Below are positions 1 through 8,355 of a DNA stretch of 39,090 nt, piece after piece. Source of the stretch: a virus; IMG/VR virus record IMGVR_UViG_3300025117_000020, one strand, 5' to 3'. The notes beneath the pieces were generated by a model. The model was given only the letters and a program-made list of their open reading frames with translations. It ran no database searches and was not told the DNA's origin. How positions within the stretch are numbered: the first letter of the stretch is position 1; the number at the start of each line of letters is the position of its first letter. A program made the translations under genes and the position numbers.

Positions 1-127
1 AGTTTCGGAGTAATCTCAAACTTGCCATAACGCCTGTCGTAATAAGTTCCGCATTTGAGGATCTCATACTTATGGCTATCCAAATCAATCTTATCCTCGG
101 CTAGAGTTATTGATGAAAGCACCCTTA
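1..127. repeat. Terminal direct repeat (circular-contig assembly overlap), copy 1
   Basis: Bases 1-127 (agtttcggagtaatctc...gaaagcaccctta) match 38964-39090 base for base. The repeat lies inside one continuous reading frame, so it is a closure overlap and not two loci. Confidence 0.95.
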
Positions 128-146
128 TAAGATTTTCACTGACCAT
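1..146 (-). CDS. Wrap-around 5' end of the Mu gpI-like protease/scaffold gene (same gene as 37973..39085)
   Basis: The frame of ORF 37973..39085 stays open beyond the GTG at 39085 (=122). It reads MVSENLIR-VLSSITLAEDK from an ATG at 146..144, which is preceded by aaaatcaaaaacaaa, the leader type seen at other genes here. Confidence 0.7.
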   Translation of the reverse strand, partial: MVSENLIRVLSSITLAEDKIDLDSHKYEILKCGTYYDRRYGKFEITPK

Positions 147-319
147 TTTGTTTTTGATTTTAGCAAATAGAGACCCGGAATTATTCCGAGCCTCTAAGAG
201 CTTCTTGGTCGAGTGTGTTTAACTTATTGATTTTTTTGCATCGACTACACTTCACTTCTATTATGCTCTTTTTTGCCAAAAAGCACAAGCACAAAAGTTT
301 ACCACACTTACACCGGAAC

Positions 320-538
320 TCACTCAACGATTGTCGTGTTGTTAATAACCCATCGTGCAAAGTAGTGAATTGTTAAAGGCATTACGAACATCGCACCGAT
401 GATAGTCAAAGACGCTAGCAGATTGATTAAAGAGAACAGTGCCGTCCACAAGAACAAGTGCCAGTAGTTACCGTTATACTGTAACTTGGCTACGCGAGGG
501 GCTTTGACTTCGCGCGATTGGTGGTTTTGTGCCTCCAT
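320..538 (-). CDS. Small membrane protein (two predicted TM helices), function unknown
   Basis: Minus ORF in the operon direction. It encodes MEAQNHQSREVK... followed by hydrophobic stretches WHLFLWTALFSLINLLASLTIIGAMFVMPLTI. The start is placed at the internal Met (cat at 536-538) to limit overlap with the upstream ORF. Confidence 0.45.
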   Translation of the reverse strand: MEAQNHQSREVKAPRVAKLQYNGNYWHLFLWTALFSLINLLASLTIIGAMFVMPLTIHYFARWVINNTTIVE

Positions 539-855
539 TTTTTTGGTGTTAAGGATGAAATCTGTACTAATATATCCGAATAAGGAACTGATACACGACA
601 CGACTTCCCTTCGCCTATATCCGCATCACACATCACATGAAGTACATCCGTATGCTGTTGCCTGCCGTTCATTATCTTGAGTTCCTTCTTGTAGAATTTA
701 TGGAACTTCGACTGGTCACTATTGCCACACTCGCAAACGAAAATCTTGCCTCCCTTGGTCTTCTCACCTGTCGTCATATTCTCAATGTCAGGAATTATAA
801 TCTTAATCCCTACGCACTTCGGAATGAGCATATTGTATTGAGTTTCTTTAGTCAT
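490..855 (-). CDS. Hypothetical Cys-containing protein between portal-MuF and protease genes
   Basis: Minus ORF. The start is placed at Met60 of the tracked ORF (cat 853-855), 16 nt after the portal-MuF stop. The protein has CECG...HVMCD...C spacing. No family was recognised. Confidence 0.45.
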   Translation of the reverse strand: MTKETQYNMLIPKCVGIKIIIPDIENMTTGEKTKGGKIFVCECGNSDQSKFHKFYKKELKIMNGRQQHTDVLHVMCDADIGEGKSCRVSVPYSDILVQISSLTPKKWRHKTTNRAKSKPLA

Positions 856-871
856 GTGTGTTTTTTTTATT

Positions 872-3355
872 TTAAATTTTACCGTCATCAATTGCTTGTT
901 GCGCTCTGCTATCCTTTGTAATCTGTGGAGATTTAAGAGGCGCGGCAGAGTTCTGCTGTGGTACATCGCCAACCGTATCAAAGTGCGCTTGTATCGAACT
1001 TGGGATGCCTTTAATCGCTGGCAGATTAGCATCCGTCTTGAGTATCGTTACCCACTCGCCTCGGCAATTGTCGTGAACCATAGACATATTCGCAAACGGA
1101 TCATTCTTGTCTATTATCCTACCGTCAAGGCTCAAGCACATATCGCAAGTCTTCTCATCTAAAATCTCACTTCTCTGCAACGCATAAATCTCTCCATCAA
1201 AATAACCAATTGAGATACTCCTTCCGGTATTATAAGCATCCCCGATTAGGCTTCCGGCTATATGGCTATTTGCAACCGATACCGCCGAATCGAACACATC
1301 TTTCGCCGCGTCTATTGCCACAATCGCACCGACTCCGGTCGTAAGGCTTGAGGCTATGCTCGATTTCACCGCCTGTGTTGCGGCTACGCTTCTCTCATCG
1401 ACATAAGTATCAACCTTTAATTTTACAATCTCTTGCTCAAGAGGTGATGGTGCTGGCGCTAACTGGTCAATCTCACCTGCGAGTTGTTCTTTGCCGAAAG
1501 CAATTGCGGCTGTGGCTTCGGTCAGGAGTTCCTGTCGTAATTCCGTAGCAATCGTATCAGTGATATTGCGTACAGCCTGCAAATTGCCTCCATTAACTGC
1601 AACCTCAATCTGTCTAAATAGCGCTTCCTTCTGTTGAGCCGTGTACTTATCTAGAATGTTTCGTACTTTTTGATCGTGTGTATTCCAAAATTCCTCTTGT
1701 TCTGCGAATGCCACTCTCAACTCGCAATCTGTTAACGGTCTGCTGTTCTTGTAATTTGAGCTTTTTTTTTCTGCCATCTTCTTTTTCTCGGTATTGACAT
1801 CAGCAACCGGAGGTACTCTGCCAACCTTCTTGTTTAATCCCTCAACAATCGCATCAATGTTAGCCTCTGGCAATAACGGGAACGCTGAATTGATAACCGC
1901 CTTCGCGTTTTCTATTGGCAATCTACCCTGCAAGATGAAGTCAATTATTGTCAATAATCCTTGTACTTGCGCACCATTCAATGCGCTCGCCTGTACATCT
2001 GCACCATTCGCAATCTCTTGAGATGCACTTGGCTTATTATCTGGTATTTCCTTCTCTCCTTCTTTTGGCTTCTCGATTACGGATGGCTCAACTACATCCG
2101 TCGCTAGGTCTTCTTCTGTAAGTTTCGGTAGTCTGAACTGGTCATGCGTCCATATCTTCATTTTGTCGTTATTCACTACCAAGCCTGTATTGATTAGCTT
2201 CTCAAGTGCCGCCGACATCTCGGTATAATCTATTTGACCAACATCGCTAAACAAGAACTTCGGATAATGCTTTTGTTCACCATAGTTCCTATCGATTAAA
2301 TCCTTAATCATCTGCTGATTGATAACGCTTGCGATATACTTCGCCTTTGCGCGTAATGAAAGCGTAAAGAAGTCCGTCTGGTCAACACTCAACGCGTATG
2401 AACCGCTTGTTTGTGAACCGAGGTCTATGAATTGCGCGAGTACATTCGTGGCAATCATTCTATTGTGATGGCTCACCTGCTCTGCCATCGTACTACCCTT
2501 GCCGTCATTCCCGACCTGCAAGAACTCGAACTGCCATTCTGTATTAGGTGCGATTATGTAAGATTTCTCATTAAGCGTAAACTGTTGAGCCATCGTTTCA
2601 GCGTCATCCATGTCAACTTCCTTGTGTCCGACCGGAGGCTTAACCACTAACACACCAGCACCACGCTCTGATTTTATTGCATCAATCTTGTACAGCTGAT
2701 CCTTGTAAGTCCAATGCTTATAAGCCGAGCGCAAAATAGACATACCGTCATAGTTGTCACCCTGCTGATTATTCACGAACAAAACCAACTTCTCCATTGG
2801 AATTTCAGGCGATGCTGTCTTGACTGGTACGCCATTGTATTCACTTGCCGGAAGGTATTGCGTAACTCCTCTTGTTGTCTTGTCGCTATCCATCTCCCAT
2901 TTCGCGTGCGCTGTAGGTACGCGTGAAGCCAGCTTGTCGAAGACTATCTTGCCATCCCTATAACCGTAAATCTTTTCAAAATAATAAAATCCATACGGCA
3001 AATAATCAAGCGCCTCGCTTGTAAAAGCATCATTATCAAGATACTCGAAAAGACACTCTCGGATAAATGCAGTCATACCTTTCGAGTCCGCCGCGTCATC
3101 TTCCGGTGGTACGATATTCCTTTCGGTTGCTAATATCGGATATTTAATCGCGTCAACCGTGGCGCGTATCATAGCATCTGTTCGCAACATCTCGTCATAA
3201 ATAATTACACCTCTCGAATTATTGAAATCAGTATTGAAATCCTGCGCTATATAACCGCCATAAATCTTTGTTCCTGACGCACCTATCTCCTCACCGACTT
3301 TGATTCGTACTGTCTTCTCTGCAAATAATCTCTTGATGTTCTGAAGTAATCCCAT
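872..3355 (-). CDS. Portal protein (Mu gp29/DUF935-like) fused to Mu gpF/SPP1 gp7-like minor head protein
   Basis: 827-aa ORF directly after TerL. The N-terminal ~520 aa look like a DUF935 portal (GVIIYDEMLRTDAMIRATVDAIKYPI). The C-terminal ~280 aa carry the MuF signature (CDMCLSLDGRIID ... HDNCRGEWV). Confidence 0.8.
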   Translation of the reverse strand: MGLLQNIKRLFAEKTVRIKVGEEIGASGTKIYGGYIAQDFNTDFNNSRGVIIYDEMLRTDAMIRATVDAIKYPILATERNIVPPEDDAADSKGMTAFIRECLFEYLDNDAFTSEALDYLPYGFYYFEKIYGYRDGKIVFDKLASRVPTAHAKWEMDSDKTTRGVTQYLPASEYNGVPVKTASPEIPMEKLVLFVNNQQGDNYDGMSILRSAYKHWTYKDQLYKIDAIKSERGAGVLVVKPPVGHKEVDMDDAETMAQQFTLNEKSYIIAPNTEWQFEFLQVGNDGKGSTMAEQVSHHNRMIATNVLAQFIDLGSQTSGSYALSVDQTDFFTLSLRAKAKYIASVINQQMIKDLIDRNYGEQKHYPKFLFSDVGQIDYTEMSAALEKLINTGLVVNNDKMKIWTHDQFRLPKLTEEDLATDVVEPSVIEKPKEGEKEIPDNKPSASQEIANGADVQASALNGAQVQGLLTIIDFILQGRLPIENAKAVINSAFPLLPEANIDAIVEGLNKKVGRVPPVADVNTEKKKMAEKKSSNYKNSRPLTDCELRVAFAEQEEFWNTHDQKVRNILDKYTAQQKEALFRQIEVAVNGGNLQAVRNITDTIATELRQELLTEATAAIAFGKEQLAGEIDQLAPAPSPLEQEIVKLKVDTYVDERSVAATQAVKSSIASSLTTGVGAIVAIDAAKDVFDSAVSVANSHIAGSLIGDAYNTGRSISIGYFDGEIYALQRSEILDEKTCDMCLSLDGRIIDKNDPFANMSMVHDNCRGEWVTILKTDANLPAIKGIPSSIQAHFDTVGDVPQQNSAAPLKSPQITKDSRAQQAIDDGKI

Positions 3356-3366
3356 ATCTTTTGTTT

Positions 3367-4836
3367 TTAAAATTTTTTGTTTCTGATATTGCCGAAGATA
3401 GTCGCCTGCCTTTCGGTATTTAAGCGCCTATTTGAACCGGACTCATCGAGCATCTGCATAGCATAAAAAAACGCATCAGCCGTGTCGTCATGCTCACCGT
3501 TCGGGAATGTAATAAGTTCGTCATAGAGCGTCTGATGTGATGGTAGAAATTTGACCTTACCTGCTTCGACTAACGGCTCAACATAACTCGACCTTGTAAT
3601 CTTGTCCTTGCTTCTCGGATTCAACTCTAGCAATCTCATCTCTCCGCTTGCGCGTGACATATCGTATAACGCGCGCTGATTCATTACGCACTCAATTCCA
3701 CATAAGCTCGGATTCCATCTATCGTATACCTCTTTGATTATACTTGTTTGCTTATCAATCGTCAATCGAATCGCCAAAGATTCAAGCACATATCGGAGTT
3801 GCGTTCTCGTGTCTAATCCCATTACGCAAATACCCATAGCGTCAGCGGAAGCTCGCTCTGAAGCGTTCGGGTCAACAGCCATAACAACTCTGAACCATTG
3901 TTGCCAGTTCGCCGGTAGTTGGCTTTGTTCGTAATAATTCTTCTCAATCCATTCGCGCTTATATCTTGAAGTCGCATCATCAATCGGATTATTCATGTAC
4001 TCTTGATTAAACTTCGCCGTGCCTATCGCCTCGCGCTCTGCGATTAGCTTCTCTCTTGTAAACTTGCCTTTCCATAACGGCTCATCGACTAGAATATCAC
4101 CACCGTTTTTTGTTGCGGTCTTGAATATACCTCCGAACTTTTTATAAAATTTAAGCACTTCAACCTCTGGGTGTATCACCGTGCCAATCCATTTCACGAA
4201 TCCTTTCTCGAAATCCCTTGAAGGATAGATAACGCCATAAAACCAGTTGTGCAATTTCTCTCGGCGGTCAGGACTTCTTACTTGATCGTCTTCTTCTATA
4301 TCGTCAAGAATAATTTTAGAAGGTCTTTTGTTTTTGATGTTCACGCCTCTACCCTTGCACGCACCACGAGCCACGACATTCACGCCGTTGTTAGTTTCAA
4401 AATGTGTATTAGTCCATTTCCTACTCTCGGAATTAGTAGCCGGAACGAGGTCGCCATATACACTACGAAGCAACTCGTTATTCTCCAGCTCCATCTTAAT
4501 TGACTCAAAATGCTTCTGTGCATCTCCGAGTGTATTGCCGACATAAAGTATAACAGGCTCAAGCGAGTACACGATGTCGTGGATTGTATCAATCTTCTCC
4601 CAAGTCGTTTTACCGTGCGCTCTGGGAAAGATAATTGCGCTATCCTTGCGCCTGCCAAGCTCCTCTGTAAGTTCACTATGACATTCCTCTGTGAATCCTT
4701 GAAGTATATGCGGAAAGAAATACATACCGAAAAGAGGCAACATCTGTTTCGGTTTTAGCGTAGAAAGAACCCATGCCTTTTGCTCAAGCTCTGGTATTTT
4801 CTTGAGGTCTTCAAGCCACTGGTTGAATTGAATCAT
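3367..4836 (-). CDS. terL: Terminase large subunit
   Basis: Walker A-like FPRAHGKTT and Walker B IILDDIEED are present. The C-terminal RNaseH-like nuclease has acidic residues (VMAVDPN..., GEHDDTADAF). The start is placed at MIQFNQWL (cat 4834-4836); the longest ORF extends to 4908. Confidence 0.85.
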   Translation of the reverse strand: MIQFNQWLEDLKKIPELEQKAWVLSTLKPKQMLPLFGMYFFPHILQGFTEECHSELTEELGRRKDSAIIFPRAHGKTTWEKIDTIHDIVYSLEPVILYVGNTLGDAQKHFESIKMELENNELLRSVYGDLVPATNSESRKWTNTHFETNNGVNVVARGACKGRGVNIKNKRPSKIILDDIEEDDQVRSPDRREKLHNWFYGVIYPSRDFEKGFVKWIGTVIHPEVEVLKFYKKFGGIFKTATKNGGDILVDEPLWKGKFTREKLIAEREAIGTAKFNQEYMNNPIDDATSRYKREWIEKNYYEQSQLPANWQQWFRVVMAVDPNASERASADAMGICVMGLDTRTQLRYVLESLAIRLTIDKQTSIIKEVYDRWNPSLCGIECVMNQRALYDMSRASGEMRLLELNPRSKDKITRSSYVEPLVEAGKVKFLPSHQTLYDELITFPNGEHDDTADAFFYAMQMLDESGSNRRLNTERQATIFGNIRNKKF

Positions 4837-5149
4837 CTGTGTATTTTTTGGCGAGTTTGATAGCAATCTCCGAATAAAGAATAGGCTTCCCTTCCTCACC
4901 GCCGTCAAGTCCTATGCTCTGCCTAGCCTTTCCGAAGATTTGTTCAAGCACAAACTTCAAGAGATCCGATTTATCAAGAGATTGGTCTTTAGCGGCTTGC
5001 ACAAGTTTATTCACTTCTTCCTGCGAAACATAGTCAATAAACCTAACCTTGCTCAAACTTCCTTTCGGTCTTCCAGCACCTTCCCTAATGCCTCCGCGTC
5101 TTTCCTTGACTTGTTTTGATTTTATTTGATTTTTTTTCAAAATAGCCAT
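4811..5149 (-). CDS. Putative terminase small subunit / DNA-binding packaging protein
   Basis: 112 aa, first gene of the late operon, overlapping the TerL start. It has a basic N-terminus with a GGIREGAGRPKG motif. The assignment rests mainly on position. Confidence 0.5.
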   Translation of the reverse strand: MAILKKNQIKSKQVKERRGGIREGAGRPKGSLSKVRFIDYVSQEEVNKLVQAAKDQSLDKSDLLKFVLEQIFGKARQSIGLDGGEEGKPILYSEIAIKLAKKYTDDSIQPVA

Positions 5150-5648
5150 AGTGTTTTTATTTCATGCTTAATTGTAAATCATCTCGCCACGATTAGCAAG
5201 TTTGTAACTCTCGCGCCCTGTGAGGATAGAGAGGACGGAAACGAAGTAATGTTATCTAGTTATGGCTTAAGTAAGCCTTCAAGCGGTTCTACCCTTGTTT
5301 GTAAATACATTATCTTGTTGGCGTTATAATGTTTGTGACACATAGTTGGCAAGTTGGTGTCACAGACTCGACGGTTATTCCAACGGTGATTCCAAAGTTA
5401 AAACGGTGAAAGTAAATAAAGACTTTACTTTTGGTTTTGTATGGTCTATACTCCTGTCGTACATCCAATTTAGTTTTACTTTACCTAACCTATGGAATCA
5501 ACCCTTCCGACACGCACAGAAATACTCACGGCTCTTACTTTCTATTACGAGCAAGGAGATTTGTCGTTTATAGAAACGGTAAATAACATTAGTTATGGAT
5601 ATAAAGTAGAAATGAAAAGGAACTATACTAAACCTAACCAAACCAACA
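5150..5648. promoter_or_regulatory. Divergent early/late control region
   Basis: Largest intergenic region in the genome, lying between the divergently oriented late (-) and early (+) operons. It contains the inverted repeat TGTGACAC (5334-5341) / GTGTCACA (5357-5364). It also has direct repeats AACGGTGA at 5382 and 5402 (20 bp apart) plus AACGGTA at 5575. No promoter consensus could be placed with confidence. Confidence 0.5.
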
Positions 5649-5665
5649 ATGACCAACGAGAATAG
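5492..5665 (+). CDS. Small hypothetical protein (57 aa), possible first early gene
   Basis: ATG ORF MESTLPTRTEILTALTFYYEQGDLSFIETVNNISYGYKV..., too short for the 60-aa track. It overlaps the start of the next gene by 17 nt. Confidence 0.3.
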   Translation: MESTLPTRTEILTALTFYYEQGDLSFIETVNNISYGYKVEMKRNYTKPNQTNNDQRE

Positions 5666-6476
5666 AAAAAGACCTTCCTTCCAATTTTATCCAAGTGATT
5701 GGCTCGCAGATCCGAATGTTATAGCCATGACGGCAACTCAACGCGGAGGATATATACAACTACTCGCGACAATGTGGACAACAGCAGAATGTGAATTGTG
5801 GAATGACGACGCTTATTTGTCGAAAATATCAGGATTAACAGATATAGAATTAGGATTGGTAAAACGATGCTTTGTTAAAAGTCCTATACAAGCCGAAAAC
5901 ATAACTCATAAACGATTGATATACGAGCGACATAAACAAGATAACTTCAAAGATAACTGCTCACGCGCCGGAAAGCAGGGTGGAGGCAACCCAGCCTTTA
6001 AAAAAGGTAAGCCGAACCCATACTATTCGGCTCTGGTAGCGGGGAAAGATAAACATAAAGGTATGGATAAAGGAGAGGATAAAGGTAACATAAACTCTTC
6101 TTCTCCTTCTTCTTCTCCTTCTTCTTCTCCTTCTTCTAAATCTCTTAAGAAAGAGATACACTTAGGCGTTTATGAATACTGGAATTCTAAAGAAATAATT
6201 AAACACAAACAATTCACGGATGGTATGGATAAGGCTATTGGCAAGGCGTTAAAGACCTATACAGATACTGACTTAAAGACAGCCATAGACAAATACGCGC
6301 TGGTTTTATCTAGTGATTTGTATTTCTGGACTCATAAGTGGACTCTTGAAGATTTCCTCAAGCGTGGGCTTACGCGCTTTGTGGATTCACCCATTGAAAG
6401 TTTTTTAAAAATCAAAGACGACAACGGACAACCGAAGCATGAGATATGGAAGCAAGAAGGTTACTATGACGACTAA
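5649..6476 (+). CDS. DUF1376 (YdaU-like) replication-organiser-type protein
   Basis: The N-terminus FQFYPSDWLADPNV...TATQRGGYIQLL matches the DUF1376 pattern. A Ser/Pro low-complexity linker separates it from a C-terminal domain. A DnaC-like loader gene follows. Confidence 0.7.
   Translation: MTNENRKRPSFQFYPSDWLADPNVIAMTATQRGGYIQLLATMWTTAECELWNDDAYLSKISGLTDIELGLVKRCFVKSPIQAENITHKRLIYERHKQDNFKDNCSRAGKQGGGNPAFKKGKPNPYYSALVAGKDKHKGMDKGEDKGNINSSSPSSSPSSSPSSKSLKKEIHLGVYEYWNSKEIIKHKQFTDGMDKAIGKALKTYTDTDLKTAIDKYALVLSSDLYFWTHKWTLEDFLKRGLTRFVDSPIESFLKIKDDNGQPKHEIWKQEGYYDD
6095..6137. repeat. 43-nt homopyrimidine tract made of (TCTTCTTCTCCT) repeats inside the DUF1376 gene
   Basis: ctcttcttctccttcttcttctccttcttcttctccttcttct encodes SSSPSSSPSSSPSS. 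It is preceded by GGATAAAGG at 6065 and 6077 and by further GATAAA/CATAAA copies. Confidence 0.9.
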
Positions 6477-6493
6477 TTTTTAACCATAAAAAT

Positions 6494-7411
6494 ATGATAA
6501 TCGGAAAATGTTTCAAAACATCAGAGGAGAATGGAGCGCGTATATATTCCAGCCTTATGGATGAGAATAATGGGTTTGAACATCCAAGGGATTTTCTTTT
6601 AAAGACAATTGTTAAAGGCTTGGGATTGCGCCAGATAGAATTTACAGATGGTGTTGTTGAAGAAAGTTTTTGTATAACTTGTAATGGCAAACTTGGATAT
6701 GAGAAATTTATGCTTGGTGATTATGGCGAAATAGAGGCGTTGAGAAGTGAATGTAAGCCTTGCCGTGATAAGGCTTTACTTGACTGCGAAGCAATAAAAA
6801 AAGAACAGGAGTATATTGTCAAACAGTGCAAGTGCAGTGGAAGACAGAATAAGAAGATTAAACACACCGGAATCGAAGTGGGTTGGTCTGACATACTAGA
6901 TGGATTTGAATTTCAAAAACAGTTTCTTGATTATGCCGAAAGGATATTGGATGGCAAAGAGGAGCTGGGTGCTTATGTTTTCGGTGGGTCTGGCACTGGA
7001 AAAACATTCCTTGCGAAGTTATTGAATAACGAACTTGTAGAATCAATGCGCGATGTTGTGTTTTTCAAAGCTGTTGACTTGGCGATGGTATTACGCACAG
7101 TCTCAATGGCAAACCGAAGGGATGAGGATGTCATGGGAAAAATTATAAACGACTTACGCTCGGTAGATGTATTGATTGTTGATGATTTGGGTACACAGAA
7201 AAACACGGATTTTGTGAAAGAGATTATGTTCTCAATATTCGATACGAGATACGACAACAGGAAGAAAACAGTTATCACGACAAACCTAACGGCTGATGAC
7301 ATAGGAGATGATCGGTTGGCTTCAAGATTCGCGGATGCTGGATGGATGAGGAAGTTTAATTTCAAAAAACACGACTTAAGACAATTAAAATTTAATCAAA
7401 AAAATCTATGA
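6494..7411 (+). CDS. dnaC: DnaC/IstB-like AAA+ helicase loader
   Basis: Walker A GGSGTGKTFLAK, Walker B LIVDDLG and a TTNL sensor-like motif are present. The N-terminus has Cys pairs (CITCNG...CKPC). Confidence 0.8.
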   Translation: MIIGKCFKTSEENGARIYSSLMDENNGFEHPRDFLLKTIVKGLGLRQIEFTDGVVEESFCITCNGKLGYEKFMLGDYGEIEALRSECKPCRDKALLDCEAIKKEQEYIVKQCKCSGRQNKKIKHTGIEVGWSDILDGFEFQKQFLDYAERILDGKEELGAYVFGGSGTGKTFLAKLLNNELVESMRDVVFFKAVDLAMVLRTVSMANRRDEDVMGKIINDLRSVDVLIVDDLGTQKNTDFVKEIMFSIFDTRYDNRKKTVITTNLTADDIGDDRLASRFADAGWMRKFNFKKHDLRQLKFNQKNL

Positions 7412-7668
7412 AAAAAACAATCAACACAGATAAAAGATCAGATGATGCAATTTTTATATTCGACTACATGATGAGTAAATTCCAAGCGTTCTATAAAACA
7501 AGTGATGTCAAATATGGTACGCTTGACTATTTTTATATCGAGGAAAAATTCACGGTAATGGCAAGAATGATTAAAGAAAAATTCAATGGAGATTTTGACA
7601 ACTTCACAGGAGCGATTCTTAATGCGCTTGCTTCAGGAAAATATGACGACAAGGATTTATCTGCTTAA
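7408..7668 (+). CDS. Hypothetical protein
   Basis: 86-aa ORF. Its ATG overlaps the upstream stop (ATGA). No motif was recognised. Confidence 0.6.
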   Translation: MKKTINTDKRSDDAIFIFDYMMSKFQAFYKTSDVKYGTLDYFYIEEKFTVMARMIKEKFNGDFDNFTGAILNALASGKYDDKDLSA

Positions 7669-7686
7669 ATCATAACCAATACAAAA

Positions 7687-8127
7687 ATGGAATCAATCGA
7701 AATCTGCCAATGTTGCGGTCACAAGACTACAATCTACAAGCATACGCTCAACGCCTCGATGGTATCGGCTCTCGCCAAGCTGGTGGAATTTTACGAGAAG
7801 AACAAGGCAAGAGCCAATCTTCAAAAGGATTTGGCACTTACGAAAAACCAGTACAATAACTTTCAGAAATTGCAGTATTGGGGATTGGTACACAGGAATA
7901 ATCTCGGATGGTTGCCGACTTGGAAGGCGATGGATTTTATACATTTCGGAGTATCGGTGGTTAGCAGGGTTGCCACAAAAGAGTCCGAGCCGTTACCGTT
8001 TGACCATCCAGTCTGGCAAGGCAAGATCCCACCGATGAAATTTGCATCAGAGTTCTTTCCGGAAAAGTACAAACAGCGAGAGGAGTATCAAGAAGAGAAA
8101 GGATTCGCACCATCTTTATTCGACTAA
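7687..8127 (+). CDS. Zinc-ribbon plus probable winged-helix DNA-binding protein
   Basis: 146 aa with N-terminal CQCCGHKT. A helical segment follows, ending ...NNFQKLQYWGLVHR, like a wHTH recognition region. The function is inferred only. Confidence 0.55.
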   Translation: MESIEICQCCGHKTTIYKHTLNASMVSALAKLVEFYEKNKARANLQKDLALTKNQYNNFQKLQYWGLVHRNNLGWLPTWKAMDFIHFGVSVVSRVATKESEPLPFDHPVWQGKIPPMKFASEFFPEKYKQREEYQEEKGFAPSLFD

Positions 8128-8130
8128 AAC

Positions 8131-8355
8131 ATGGCAAAAGTAAACCTTAAAAAATGGCATGAGATAGTTTGTTCAAGAGCCGGATGGCATTGTGAGCACT
8201 GCGGAAGATGGGGAGATAAGCAGACTCTATGCGGACACCATTTCCCGCACTCTCGCGGTTCAAGAATTGATCTTGCGCTAGATGTTAATAACGGGGTCGC
8301 ATTATGCAGTGATTGCCACACGAAAATCCACATGGGTTTAATCAAATTAAAATGA
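8131..8355 (+). CDS. HNH endonuclease
   Basis: CEHCG ... GHHFPHSRG ... NGVALCSDCHTKIH shows two Cys pairs and the His-Asn-His core. Confidence 0.8.
   Translation: MAKVNLKKWHEIVCSRAGWHCEHCGRWGDKQTLCGHHFPHSRGSRIDLALDVNNGVALCSDCHTKIHMGLIKLK

Noticed and set aside
5346-5573. 75-aa plus ORF in the control region
   Set aside because: It has a TTG start, no leader motif and an odd composition. It overlaps the better-formed ATG ORF 5492..5665 in another frame.
5961-6161. Antisense ORF encoding a poly-Arg run
   Set aside because: It is a reverse-strand artefact of the TCT/CCT repeat inside the DUF1376 gene.
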